From Octopus sinensis (taxonomy: Eukaryota), in NCBI RefSeq assembly GCF_006345805.1, contig NC_043019.1:7749360-7813359 (forward strand): a DNA stretch of 64,000 nt, given 5' to 3'. Under the pieces are notes generated by a model. That model was not told the origin of the DNA and did no database searches. It saw only the letters and a list, made by a program, of their open reading frames with translations. This document shows positions 27,200 to 41,191 of this stretch, piece by piece (the first letter of the stretch is position 1; every line of letters begins with the position of its first letter). Position numbers and translations under genes: made by a program.

Positions 27200-27560
27200 T
27201 TCCCCACATATTTTTTCTCTCTCCCTTCTTTCTTATTCTATCTCCCTCTTTTCCCTTCTCTTAATCCATTCTGTCGAAGAGTGTAGGGTCGAAACGTAAA
27301 AGACTTTTCCATCCTAGGCGAGAGCTAAACTATTTACACCCGCTTGTTGTTCCCTACACCTATCTCAGACTTCTGTTTTCTATAAATTTGAACAATATAT
27401 ATATATATAGGGAGAATTCCCAAAAATCAAAGACGAACACAGGTGGTATAGGCAACAAAGATATGTATTAGTATAATGCTCGGGAAGTGAAAAAGTCTTT
27501 AACGTTTCGAGCCTACGCTCCTCCGCAGAAAAGAACACAGAAAGAAACAAAGAAAGAAAA
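27200..27560. mobile_element. Inverted pair of short hammerhead-like elements around (TA)n
   Basis: + core CTGTCGAAGAGTGTAGGGTCGAAACGTAAAAGAC at 27271. - core CTGCGGAGGAGCGTAGGCTCGAAACGTTAAAGAC at 27495-27528. The two converge on a central (TA)n at ~27395-27408. Confidence 0.6.
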
Positions 27561-27696
27561 CATATATATATATATATATTTATATAGCCGTGTCAGAACA
27601 AACAGGTTAACTGTAATTCAAAATGTAATGTTTATTTATTCGACTGTGAAATTTCACACAATGTACTTACATATATCCATACATCCATACGTACAT

Positions 27697-27796
27697 NNNN
27701 NNNNNNNNNNNNNNNNNNNNNNNNNNNNNNNNNNNNNNNNNNNNNNNNNNNNNNNNNNNNNNNNNNNNNNNNNNNNNNNNNNNNNNNNNNNNNNNN
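27697..27796. other. Assembly gap (100 N)
   Basis: Run of N. Confidence 1.
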
Positions 27797-27880
27797 AAGG
27801 ACTGAACACGAAAAGTGGACAGTCAACATGCTAGATATAGACGTCAAATCGCCATTCACCATATATATATATGATATATA

Positions 27881-28097
27881 TATTTCTTTATTGCCCACAA
27901 GTGGCTAAACATAGAGGGGACAAACAAGGACAGACAAAGGGATCAAGTCGATTACATCGACCCCAGTGAGTAACTGTTGCATCCGAAAGGATGAAAGGTA
28001 AAGTCGACCTCGGTGGAATTTGAACTCAGAACGTACGACAGACGAAACCCGCTAAGCATTTTGCCCGCGTACTAACATCTCTGCCAGCTCGTCGCCT
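27881..28097 (-). mobile_element. tRNA-derived SINE family B (Nin/Deu-like core)
   Basis: Minus strand starts GGCGACGAGCTGGCAGAGATGTTAG (A-box-like), has GAGTTCAAATTCC (B box) and GACTTTACCTTTCATCCTTTCGGA core. Confidence 0.85.
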
Positions 28098-28209
28098 TGT
28101 ATATATATATAAGTATATATATGTATATATATTTACATATATATATATATTATATATATATATATATATCTATATATATATATATATAAATAACATATGA
28201 TTATATATA

Positions 28210-28254
<45 letters not shown>

Positions 28255-28718
28255 GTATAGATGTGGACGTTGAGGTATTTTGCTTGCAGAATGATCTTTT
28301 AGTATGGTATTTAAATTACAGAGTAGAATGTCGATTATATTATGATTGGCGAGTAAAAGTACTAATAGTCAGGAGAGAAAAGAAATGGAATAGCAGTCGA
28401 TTAACACCACATAGAAGTATAATAGTCAAAAATCATCGGCGCAAGACATTCACCCTGCTTCAGAAAGTGGTATACAAAACAAATAGACAAAAAGTAAAAA
28501 ATGAAGAAGGAAATGAAAACGATTCTGAATAGAAAGAAGAGAGCAAAGAGATTAGAAAAAATACTAGGAAAGAAAAAAGAATGAAATTATAAAAATAATG
28601 AATATATGGGGCGCAGGAATTTGTGCAGGAATAAAAGTTCTGTAAAAGATAAGATATTTCCAGAGTAGTGGTTGCGTAGGTATGTGAGAAAAACACATGT
28701 ATGTATGTATACATTGTG

Positions 28719-28719
<1 letters not shown>

Positions 28720-28799
<80 letters not shown>

Positions 28800-28991
28800 A
28801 TATCTATGTATCTATCTATCTATCTATTTAGTAATCTATCTATTTATCTATCTATCTATCTATCTATTTATTTATCTATCTAGCGATCGATTCATCTATC
28901 AATCAATCTATATATTTATCGATCTATATATATCTATCTCTTTATATACCTATCTGTCTGTCTGCTTCTCTGTATGTCTAGCTGTCTATCC

Positions 28992-29048
<57 letters not shown>

Positions 29049-29100
29049 CTATCTATCTATCTATCTCTATCTATCTATATCTACCTGTCTACATATCTAT
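28720..29100. repeat. (TATC)n microsatellite complex
   Basis: Directly visible. Confidence 0.9.
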
Positions 29101-29357
29101 ATATCTCTATATCGTTATCTCTCTACCTTTCCCTTTCTCTCTGACTCTCTCTTTTTCTCTTTCTCTTTCTCTCTCTTTCACACTCTCTCTCTTTCTCTTT
29201 CACTCTCTCTCTGTATATATATATATATATATACATATATACATACACGCGCACATTTCATATATATGCCTGTGTGAGTGTGTGTCTACCCTTGTAATTG
29301 TCTCTTCCTCTCTCTGGAGCGGTGTGAATATGAATCTGTATCTATATGTTACATAAG

Positions 29358-29531
29358 GATACTTGCGTGGAAGAGAACTTAAGCGTCCACGTTGCCCGAT
29401 TGACACAAAAGCCGCTGTTGAAAATCCAATCAGCTAAAAGAAGCAAAATATCCAGAGGTTACAATAGAGATCAATGCTGTGTTGTCACAGAAAATGAGGA
29501 AAATAGACGTTTGACCTTTTACTTTGCCAAC
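29358..29531 (+). pseudogene. Candidate exon (phase 0 to 0), open 58 codons
   Basis: Within non-repetitive ORF 29346-29618 (DTCVEENLSVHVARLTQKPLLKIQSAKRSKISRGYNRDQCCVVTENEENRRLTFYFAN). Donor AAC|gtaatg; weak aag acceptor. Confidence 0.4.
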
Positions 29532-29732
29532 GTAATGTCTACTCTGATTCTACACAATCTAATCGAAAGAAACAACCAACGATATTCTCATGTAGAGAAA
29601 AGAGTGATTTTATCTTAAGGAAAGACAGCGTTCTTCCCTCGACTCATATTATTTAGCCCCTGGTTAACTGTGAATGTCAATATTTGTGATTAAAGACATT
29701 CCAGTTCAATCCATCACGTAATTTGTTCCCAG

Positions 29733-29840
29733 GCATTGTGTTTACAAGACAGAATAAACTACTGTGTCACCTATCTTAAAGCAGTCTTGTGTCTTTTGTG
29801 AGAATACTTGCCTCTTACGTTGTGCATATCGAATGACTAG
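29733..29840 (+). pseudogene. Candidate exon (phase 0 to 0) with TGA and terminal TAG
   Basis: atttgttcccag|GCA...GACTAG|gtgaag; ALCLQDRINYCVTYLKAVLCLL*EYLPLTLCISND*. The terminal TAG may be a mutated CAG. Confidence 0.3.
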
Positions 29841-30032
29841 GTGAAGACGCTGTTACTAAGGCGTCTAATTTCGAGTTTATAAATAGCGGTTCGACAATAT
29901 GGATCGATGCAATAAAAACAAGGTTTACAAAATATACGTCCTGGGGTAGATTTCTTCGACTAAAGGCGGTGCTCCAGTATGGCCGCAGTCAAATGACTGA
30001 AGCATGTAAAAAAGAGTAACGAGTATATATAA

Positions 30033-30071
<39 letters not shown>

Positions 30072-30099
30072 TATATATATATATATATATATATACGTT

Positions 30100-30392
30100 A
30101 TTCTCTTTATTTGTTCCAGTGCTTTGAATGCAGCTATGATGGAGCACCGCCTTTAGTCGGGTAAATCGACCCCAGCCAAAGCTTATTCGGAGTAAGCATC
30201 ATTTTATTGTATCGGTCGGTTTACTCGAACTGCTAGCTTAGGGGACGGAAACACGCAGCGCCAGTTGATTTCAGTTTCCGTCTACGACGAGGTCTATAAT
30301 AGAGGACACTCGCTAAAGCTGCCACGCAGTGGGCTTGAACCAGAACCATTGTGTGGTAAGCAAGCTACTTACCACACACCCTCCTGCGCCTC
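30100..30392 (-). mobile_element. SINE family A copy (internally deleted)
   Basis: Reverse complement of both modules, ending CTACTTACCACACACCCTCCTGCGCCT. Confidence 0.8.
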
Positions 30393-30530
30393 TATACATA
30401 ATATTTTCAGGAGTAAATAAAAACGGCAAAAAGGGAACATATGACACACTTGTGTGCATGTGTGTGTGTATATATATATAATTATGTATGGAATGAAACA
30501 GTTCTATAATTATGTATTATATATATATAT

Positions 30531-30935
30531 AGGCGCAGGAGTGCTTGTTTGGGGGGGTAAGTAGCTTGCTAACCAACCACATGGTTCCGGGTTCAGTCCC
30601 ACTGCGTGGCACTCTTGGGCAAGTGTCTTCTGCTATAGCCTCGGGCCGACAAAGCCTTGTGAGTAGATTTCGTAGACGGAAACTGAAAGAAGCCTGTCGT
30701 ATATGTGTATATAAATATGTGTGTGTTGGGTGTGTTTGCCCCCTAGTATTGCTTGACAACGTTGCTGGTGTGTTTTACGTCTCCGTCACTTAGCGGTTCG
30801 GCAAAAAGAGACCGATAGAATAAGTACTGGGCTTACAAAGAATAAGTTCCGGGGTCGATTTGCTCGACTAAAGGCGGTGCTCCAGCATGGCCGCAGTCAA
30901 CTGACTGAAACAAGTAAAAGAGCAAAAGATCAAAA
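30531..30935 (+). mobile_element. Full-length bipartite tRNA-derived SINE family A
   Basis: GGCGCAGGAG head, B-box-like GGTTCAGTCCC, TTGGGCAAGTG core, internal TA/TG linker, 3' module, (AAAAGAG)n tail. Confidence 0.9.
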
Positions 30936-32139
30936 GAGTACATATCAAATATAAGAAAACGTGTTGTAAATAGACATATGAACGTATACTAAAACGGAAA
31001 ACAAACACACACACATATAATTCATTTATAAACATAAACGTACACAAATATATATCTATATACCCAAACACAAAACAAACACTCATATATTGTAACCTAA
31101 GGTATTAATGTGATAAATTGAATTCTCGTTTAATACATTGGAGTTTTCCAAGCTTGTTACTCCCAAGTATGATTACGTATTGATCAATGATTTTGCAAAA
31201 TTAGGCATAAAGATAAGTATGAATATATATATATATATATATACACCTGTGTATACACACTAACACACGCATGAAAATATATATCTTTATCTAGCCAGGT
31301 ATTTCGAATAGATGCAAACATTCTTGTATTCTTTTTTCATTCGGTGAAACATAAGTAACAATGGCGAACTTTTTGCGTAGGATTGTTTTTTGTCCGTATT
31401 TTCGAAAATAAAGACTATGTAAAAATCGTTATAGTTTTTCGCTTGATAGTTCGAAATATATTTGTTTTGTTTTTCCATCAACGCATCGTAAATGCAAATT
31501 CTTTAATATTTGGAAAAACAACACTAAAATATGTTGTAATGGCAAATACTGCCAAATGGAATATCAAATATTTGATAATATTTTATGCATCGATTACAAA
31601 GAACACATCGTTAAATCATTAAACATTCCAAACAGATATTTTAAAAGACGTCAAAGTTTACATTTAAGGAATGTGAAATTATTAGTTTGGTTGAGCGGTA
31701 TCACTGAAACTCCTATCGCCATGTCAGACCAAGCCATGCAGTAGAGAAGCTTTTGTGATGTGGATGATGTGTGGTTTTGTCATCACAATGGAAGCAGTGC
31801 TTTTGAACATCGATTTCAGGTTGAAATTACTGACATCATCTCGCATGCGTTTGTGTGTGAGGAAAATTCGTTTGAAAAACTACAGAAGGCCTTGTAATAG
31901 AAAACATCAAACGAGTATTTGACGAAAATGAGAAACGTTTAAAAACTCCAAGAAAGATAAACAAATTATTTGTTTTTCTTCCGTTGAATGATATCTCAAT
32001 GGAAGCAGTCTTTTAAGGAAGGAGCTAAGGTACTAAAAGTAGTATGCGGATTTGTATGGTCGGATAGTTGTTGTATTTGATAGCAGTGGTGAAAAATCAG
32101 TACACAAGCTCCATCATTATTCACTTTTTCAATCTCACC

Positions 32140-32179
<40 letters not shown>

Positions 32180-32183
<4 letters not shown>

Positions 32184-32345
32184 GAGAGTTTACGAAAAAA
32201 AAACAAAAGACGAAGACAGGTGGTGTACAAAACAAACAGATGTATTAGTATAACGCTCAGGAATAGAAAAATTCTTTTAGTTTTCGAGCCTATGCTCTTC
32301 TACATAAAAGGACACACAAGAAAACAAGGAGAGAAACAAGGAGAA
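32180..32345 (-). mobile_element. Short (TA)n-anchored hammerhead-like element (core mutated)
   Basis: Same family as 10070 and 62845; TTTTCGAGCCTATGCTCTTCTACAT on +. Confidence 0.6.
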
Positions 32346-33229
32346 TATGCCTCAGCTTCTGATCCAGGTGACGAAATGTGAGCCGAATAACATGGACGAG
32401 TGATGCCTTGGAAAACCTCTCGAAACGGATAATATTTTAAGAAAACATATATTTTGAGCATGAGGCGATGGTGCTTGTTGCTCAAGATAACTGCTAACAG
32501 GATACCTATGGTTTGTATTTCAGTAATTATTTTCAAAGAAAAGCTCCAAATTTCCTGCAAGTACAGCCAATACAAAAACTCTGTTATTGTGCGATTGCAA
32601 AATAATTCAGCAAAATTATTCACCTCTACGCGATTGCGCAACTGCAAATAAATGAATGGCTTAGATGTTTTCTTAGTTCTACATTCATATTTGATTTTAA
32701 AAAAATATATAAATATTTAACCTTACCTCAATTAACGAAAATGCTTATTTCATTTAATATTTCTGCGGTTTAAACTTTGGTTGGCGAAGTATTTGATAGC
32801 TTGAGGTTGATGTCATTGATAACTGGTGTCCATAATAGTATAAACTACGGTTATCCTACTGTCTCCCTATACGTATTTGGTTCTCCATAAAATATCTTAA
32901 AGTATTCGCACTGGTATCAGACATAAAAACAAATGATAATGACAAAGGCTATTTCATATACAAATGTCAGTGTATATTTCATGCAAAGTGACTGGAAATA
33001 TTCTTAGATATTTCTTGAACTTAAATATAGAACAGATTAACTACTGGTAATTTATATTTAAAAAAAAAGTACATTTAAATCTCCGAATTTCACACACGCT
33101 CGTTGTTGGTTCGGCTATTGTAAAATGTTTATAGACCGCATTCGGTCATGATCGACCATAGGTTTGCACCTAAAAAGTTAGCGTCTGCGGCACAAGTCCG
33201 GTAAAGGTTGCTTAGGGATGACCGAGAGT

Positions 33230-33467
33230 CGGCCATGAATAGCAAGTTTATCTTTCTACGGTGACGTTATCCAAGGGAAAGGCAACGGGGCCGATACAGC
33301 TTGGCAAAAGTGAAAACGCAACTCATTTCTAATGCTGAGTGAGCTGGAACAACGTGAAATAAAGTTTCCTGCTCAAGAACACAACACACAATACAGTCAA
33401 GATATCGAACTCACTACTTCATGATTGTAACCCCGATGCTCTCACCACTGAGCCATGCGACTTCACG
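33230..33467 (-). mobile_element. tRNA-derived SINE family C
   Basis: Minus strand head GTGAAGTCGCATGGCTCAGTGGTGAGAGCATCGG (A box) and GAGTTCGATATC (B box). A related fragment lies at ~21270-21400. Confidence 0.75.
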
Positions 33468-33549
33468 TTGTGGCTGTAGTATACAAGAGATAATCTTGTT
33501 ATAGCTGTTCACGCTCAATGTGACGCCGAAGGTAGGCATACACACATAT

Positions 33550-33584
<35 letters not shown>

Positions 33585-34632
33585 CACTCATAAATACATA
33601 CGCACACACACACACACACACACATATATATACTAATGTAGGCTTCCTATATATATATATATATAACACTATAGAAATGAATAACTTTTTCAAATATTAA
33701 TAAGAAATCCAGAACGCACGTAAGTATGAGAACCAAGAAAAAAAAGCCAATATCCTGCTTTTTCTATCTCGCTTTCTGTTCTGCATTTTCTTCGTTATAA
33801 TTGACGTCGTCGCCGTCGTCGTCGTGGTTCATCCTCATCGTCCTTCTCGTCCACCTCCAACTCCTTCTCATCATCTTCATCATCATCATCATCGTCGTCG
33901 TCGTCGTCGTCGTCGTCACCACCACCACCACCGATCGTTATCACGATCATCATTGCCGTTATAAAACCAAATATGGTGCAACTTTCATCATATAGTTATG
34001 GTGTTGATGAATAGAGAGGCCAAAAACATTTAACATACAAACAAAAGAAAGCAAACAAAAACACAAACATGAAAAGAACGTAAATCTAATACAACAGGTG
34101 ATTTTTTTTTGAGAATAAACAAAAAAGAAATAAATTAAAATGTCTAACGGAAACAAAATTTTTAAAAAAATAAAACAAGATGAAATATGTTATGATATGA
34201 AAAGTTGGCAACGTTGGAAAATGTGTTTCTACACCCCCATACACATGCAAACACACATACACGCACACAAATATAATATATATATGTGTGTTTGTATAGG
34301 CATATATATATATAAAATACATATGTTTGAGCATATTACGGTAAATACACACACATAACAACACACACTTATGTATGCACTCAAGTATAATAAAATGAAT
34401 TAAATAAATTTCTGTTATATATAAATAAAATTGCACTACGAATATTATTATTATCATTACATGAAAAACATACACCCCCACATACATATATATATATATA
34501 TAATATATATATATATAATATATACATATACACATATACATACATATGTATACTTTACTATACATATGTATATATATATATATACATTACTCTATATTAA
34601 TGAAATCATTTGCATATGTAATTCTACATAAA

Positions 34633-34710
<78 letters not shown>

Positions 34711-35439
34711 GAGTGTGTGTAAACAATGACACACACACACACATATACATATATATATATCAGTATACACGTGTGTATATCTAATGGGCGTATGCGTTTT
34801 ATTATGTGAATAGATGTGCCCCGTGTTTATATTTTCTTACGTATAACCAATATTACTATTGGGAATATACACAGAAAAGTACGATCAACAGGAAATAACG
34901 AAATATATTAAAAACTAACAATATCTAACATTAAAGAAAAGGCATACAAAGGGTAAACGGAACGTTTGCAACATAAAAAAAAGTGTAAAATTACGATGGA
35001 ACCCTGAAACGAAAGATGAAAGAAGTTCCCCCATTAAACTGACACGAGAGTCCTCTTTTGCACATAATATAAACTGCAAACAAGCGAATATATTCACACG
35101 CATCAAGCATTGAAAGCTGACAGAAATACTTAGAGATATACGCAACATCATACTTGACGCACACACGCTTATGTATGCAAGTATAAGTGTTCCGATTTGG
35201 TGGTACGTGCGTATGTAAGTATGTGTGTATATATTCACGTTTTATGTACAAGCAAGCGTAATTAAATCGTCCCATACAATCATTTATTGTAAGTTTAGCA
35301 AAACCACACTGATTCAGTCGTTTACATCTATATTCACACCGGTACACATCTGTGTCTTTATACACATACGCGCGCGCGCATACACATATATATATATACT
35401 TACCTACATATATATGTACTTAAATATATATATATATAT

Positions 35440-35493
<54 letters not shown>

Positions 35494-35617
35494 GTATGTA
35501 CATGTACATACATATGTGTGTAAGTATATATCTATGTATATATATATATATATATAAATTTACAGGTACATATGAATAGTGCATATGTCTCTGAACATGT
35601 ACATACATATACACATG

Positions 35618-35655
<38 letters not shown>

Positions 35656-35751
35656 TTTATAAAAGCTATCTATATATTATATGTACCTATAAATGCATGC
35701 ACACAAACACACACATGTATATATTTATGTATGTGTATATAAACATATATG

Positions 35752-35784
<33 letters not shown>

Positions 35785-36330
35785 ATGTATAATTTGTATG
35801 CTACGAGAGAGAGACAGGTGAGATTGATTTAAAATAAGATAGAAGGTGTTGGGGGATGCTGGGGGAAGGGCAAAAAAAATTAGCAAAGATATACGTAGTA
35901 CAACAGCGAACAGATAGAGCAGTACATAACATACAAACATATAATCATGCGCCAATGCAAACACCAACTTTCATATACCAACATCAAGGAAAATGAAAAA
36001 AAAAAACTGAAAAAAAACTAAAAAAATAAAGAATGGAAAATGAAAAAAAAAATGCTCACAAATACCAAAGATAACACAACAAAATAAACCTGCAACATTT
36101 TTATTTATGTTTTTTTTTTTTTTTTTTTACTTTTCACATTTAACCACAAATACATTCACGGCATAGAAATAACGTTTATATCTATTAGATCAATGCAGCT
36201 TGCTGTTCTATATGGTCACCTATATATTTTCTAAATACACAATAATAAAGCTACAGGAGTAAAGCTGGAGCTGTAAACAATATATCACACATTTATGCAT
36301 GTAAGCTCTATGCATATATACATACATACA

Positions 36331-36390
<60 letters not shown>

Positions 36391-37273
36391 AATAATATAT
36401 ATATAATATAATATACATATATGTAATATACATATATATATATGTGTATCTATATACATATATACATATATAGATAGGTAGATATGTATACATATATACG
36501 TATATATGTATATGTATGTATACACGTGTATTATATATATTTACATATATATGCGTCTTTCTCACATATACAAAAAGCACACACACACTACATATATATG
36601 TATATATATACATATATATATATATATACAAGTGTGTATGTATGTGTGGTGTGTGTGTGTATTCACCTCATACTATTACGTATATGTTGCAACGCTTTCG
36701 TTTACACATATCAGCGGCAGGTGGAAAGCTCTTGGTAAAGAAAATCTCATGAATTGAATGCAAAGAATATTTTATATTTCAAAACGAAGACATAACCACG
36801 GGTAAATTTTTACATATTTACCGAAACACACACACACACAGACACACACACACACATACACACACAAACACACACACACACATACACGCATACGCACACA
36901 GATACACGAACTCACATAATACATATTTGTTGTGTGGGTGTGCTTGTGTGTGTATAGGAGCAGGCGTGGTATGCTAGAAGAAATTTCTTCTCAAGTTCTG
37001 GGCTGGGTACAGTTCCACTATATGGCATCCGTATTCAGTTTTTTCTACCATAGCCCCAGCGCAACCAACGCGTATTGTATAGGCGTTACCAATCTGTGTA
37101 TATAATTTATTGTACATCACTATGTTCCTCTGTACCTATTTTCAGTGTATTCTATACGTACGATAGTTAAGCACCAATCAGAATCTCAGGACCTGAAACA
37201 TAGATTATAAGGAGAACTTGTGCTACTTTTCTTTCGCTACATATCTAAAATGAAGCATACAGAAATAAATACC

Positions 37274-37502
37274 TATTTCTTTACTACACAGAAGGGGCTA
37301 AACACAGAGGGGACAAACAAGGACAGACAAACGGATTAAGTAGATTATATTGACCCCAGTGCGTAACAGGTACATATTTAATCGACCCCGAAAGGATGAA
37401 AGGCAAAGTTGACCTCGGCGGAATTTGAACTCAGAACGTAGCGACAGACGAAATACTGCTAAGCATTTCGCCCGGCGTGCTAACGATTCTGCCAGCTCGC
37501 CG
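37274..37502 (-). mobile_element. tRNA-derived SINE family B
   Basis: Near-identical to the 55321 copy. Confidence 0.9.
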
Positions 37503-38027
37503 ATTTAACAGAAATATATATCGCCCTCCCACTCCACAAACACTTCGCATCACGAAAAACAAGCAACTAATCCACGTGTACATACTTATAGATTCATCGT
37601 TTTAATATATGCAATGGTTTTATTATACCACCGTTTGCAATGTAATCCGACCCTCATTTTCTTTTTTCGTCTTAAAATTTGGAAGTTCCATGAACAACTT
37701 ACTTGAGATATTCATGAAATCGCCGACATTTAACCGTGCTCCACTCTTTGCAATGAGAATGTTAAAAATATTTTGAAAATGTTCACAAAACGCTTAATAA
37801 TTTCATTCGTCAAAATCTGTATAAACTTTTCATAATAAACGAATGATAGATTGATGGCATTGCAGATGTAGTTTCCCAAATAAATTATTGAATACTGTGA
37901 AATTAAGTGCAGTTCGAAGAGATATATAAATTAAAAAAGTATATTAACATTAATAATGAAAATAAATAAACTGTTAATTTAAAGAAAGAAGTGAAATCTT
38001 AATATGTTCCTGTCGTTTTCGCTACAG

Positions 38028-38130
38028 GTGTCGTAGAAGGAATAAATGTTTGTTGCATGAAAATGTTAGAGCTGTGATTTCTCTAAGCGGAAATTATATC
38101 TAAATTACAAATCAATGTGTTTGGATTATG
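38028..38130 (+). pseudogene. Candidate decayed exon (phase 1 to 2) with TGA and TAA
   Basis: Strong acceptor tgttcctgtcgttttcgctacag| and donor TTATG|gtacag; VVEGINVCCMKMLEL*FL*AEIISKLQINVFGL. Confidence 0.25.
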
Positions 38131-38796
38131 GTACAGCAGTCAATCTTGAAATTTTAAAAGACTATTTCTATATCGTGCGAAATACTGTAAAATACCTGTT
38201 TAGCTAAAATAGAATGGCATGATGGCAAAATATCGCTGGTTTCCCAAACGTTTTCATAACACACTCGATATGACTGCGATACACACGAAAGTTCCATAAA
38301 AGTTAATGATATCTCGAAATAATATACCACGCTTCTGAAACAAAAAACAAACTAATGTCGTACGTTTATTACCAAAAACATTAACCATACGTACTAAAAC
38401 AAATAATAAAGCTAAAACAACAACTACGTACAAACGCGGTGATATAAAATTGATAGGAATAGAAAACAATTTTAAATTACATTGCATAATAGAATGTTTA
38501 TCTCTGCGTAGAGCTTAAATAACTATCAAAGTAGAATTTCAAAGGAACCGCTATGTGCAGATTATTGAATCTAGGAATGTGTCTGCGAGATGAAAATACT
38601 AGAAATATTTTTAGTTGATGGTTTTTCAATATCACTGAAGCATCCATCCTATCATTATGGGAAAAAAAGCCCACATTTTGGTTACGAAGAGGAATAAATT
38701 TCTAACACACACACACACGCAACCCCCACACAACATATATGTATATATGCATGTGTATATATATGTATGTGTATATGTATGTATATACACACACAA

Positions 38797-38832
<36 letters not shown>

Positions 38833-39551
38833 GTAAATGTGCAATGTGTTACTCTAAACGGAAATATAATTCTTATTAAATGCGACTAAGTGCATCTAGG
38901 CACATACATTGCTAGAAATAAGAGCTAAAATGCTTTACTGCTGTAGTAAAAGCACATAATTATATGCATATATGCTCATGGGACTGTAATCGCCCAAAAC
39001 ACCTATTTGAGTATTCCGAATACTGAACGTTCAGTTTTGGCTATTACCATGGCCTTTGCGGGTCCAGTCGACAGTCAGCATATATGTATTTTCAATAAAA
39101 AATAATGGCTGATTTAGCGAATCGCTAATATTTTTCAAAAAATTAATATAAACAATTATGCGCAAGGTATTACCAGCATTAAATCATTTATGCTCCTATT
39201 TGTAGCATTTAGTGGCAATTATATTTTCCTTCCATAGTAACACCTTGCAGATGGATTAATGCTGCTTAATATCAGGTTGTAAAACCAGCCGTAGATATCA
39301 AGTATGGTTGCCGTATTATTTTCATATCACATAACTTGATTTGATACTTAACTTGTAGTAATTGTTTGTTTGTAGGTTAGCACCAACACAAACAGTTCCA
39401 GTGGCAATTGTGCTCAATATATTTATCTAAGATTATATTAAATAAAGCACCCGCCGATTTTTACCATGAAAATTTTGCTGCTGAGAATGAAAGTGATGCG
39501 GAAGCTACCGCATCGCTTCCGGTGTGGGCAACCTTATTATCAATAACATCG

Positions 39552-39975
39552 CTTAGACAACAAACTGCAACTAATCACAACCACCATGATCAACAACTTC
39601 ACCATACAACAACGCTCTCAACAACACCAGCAAAAAGAGCCGAAATGTAAAACCATTTCAATCTCCACAACTTCGATTAGCAAAACCGGCACCGAGAAAA
39701 ACACCACTAAACCATCATCAACACCACTGCAAATGCAAAGACAATCATATCACCACCACCGGAGGCAACAACGTCCATAATCCCACACTGACACCTTAAT
39801 CACAGAATACGAGTCGGGCAAGGCTTAAAATTGTAGTAGAGGAGGTTAATCGACAGCAATGACTCCAGTACACAACTGGGACTTAATAATCAAATAATCA
39901 AAATCGATGACGGCTGTTTGGCTTTCAGAACGTAAAACCGGCAGAAATGTCGCTAAGCGCTGAGCACCGCGTGCT
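39552..39975 (+). repeat. Copy 1 of a diverged ~430-bp duplicated block
   Basis: Colinear with 43076-43510 (shared GAAATGT..ACCATTTCAATCTCCACAACTTCG, CAACAACGTCCATAATCCCACAC, CAGAACGTAAAACCGGCAGAAATGTCGCTAAGC). The 3' part is a SINE B remnant. Confidence 0.8.
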
Positions 39976-40619
39976 GACATCGCAATATTTTTCATTCCAC
40001 TTCCACGAAGAGACTCACATCTAACACAACGTGCTGTTAACATGTTTCAGTTGCTTCCCTTTCATTTGTTTACCGCAGTTCACCGTTAAAACTAAGGTTA
40101 TTTCATATCAGCTCTGATTGAAGTCTTGCTAATTATTCGCTGTATAATACAGGAAATATTTTAACGCGAATCGTAGGATCAATGGCGGAAATCTTAAAAA
40201 CGGAAAATATCTGAATGAGTAAATTATTTTCCCTACACACGTGACTACATTTGTAAGGAATAGTATACAACGACTTGTATGCATGTATTCGTGTGTGTAA
40301 AGTTTTACCTTATATGTTTCCCCGAGCGTGTGTTTACTTCTGGTTATATTTAGGTGATATGTGCTTTTGTATATCAATATTTACAGTTATTAGATTTGCA
40401 AACGATTCGGCTAAATTAATATATGATGAGTCATAGCATATATGAATGAAATGATTGGAAAGAAATGGATAGGGGTGGCTTCGATTTGTTTGAAGAACTG
40501 AGGAAATAGAAAGCTGCTATATATAATATATCAGAGGCTCAGCGTGTAATAACTAATAATCTCTATTTGATTAATATTATGATTTATATGCACACGGAAA
40601 CACAATCCAACACACAAGT

Positions 40620-40685
<66 letters not shown>

Positions 40686-40899
40686 TGATAGATAGATAAA
40701 TAGATAGATAGATTGACTGATTGAGTGACAGAGAAAGAGATTGATAGGCAGACAGGCACACAGAGGAATGCATTTATAGATTGATACAAAAGTAACCTGA
40801 TATACTGATAGATAGAAAGATAAAGAAATATATATACACACACACACACACACATATATAAATATATATATACATGTACATATTTCAAAATGTAGCCAC

Positions 40900-41090
40900 A
40901 TATGAATCGTTGGCGATTTTTTCTTCCGTCTTCGTTTCTATTGGACTTTCCTCTGTTTCTGAAGCAGAGCGTTGCTCGAAACGTTAAACCATCTTTATTT
41001 TCCTTCCCTGACCGTCTGCTAATACTTTACATGTACCACGTGCCTCGCATTGTCGTTATGTTTTGTGCCTGTTGTCCTTTTTAGAGATTT
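40900..41090 (+). mobile_element. Short (TA)n-anchored element with hammerhead-like motif (distinct subfamily)
   Basis: GTTT-CTGAAGC-A-GAGC-GTT-GCTC-GAAA-CG-TT-AAAC at 40955-40989. Confidence 0.55.
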
Positions 41091-41106
41091 ACTATATATT
41101 AATATA

Positions 41107-41191
<85 letters not shown>

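Noticed and set aside
27487-27898. ORFs spanning poly-X
   Set aside because: Artefacts of the 100-N gap.
36795-36830. Hairpin GGTAAAT/ATTTACC followed by GAAAC
   Set aside because: The CUGANGA box and stem I are missing; at most a dead remnant.
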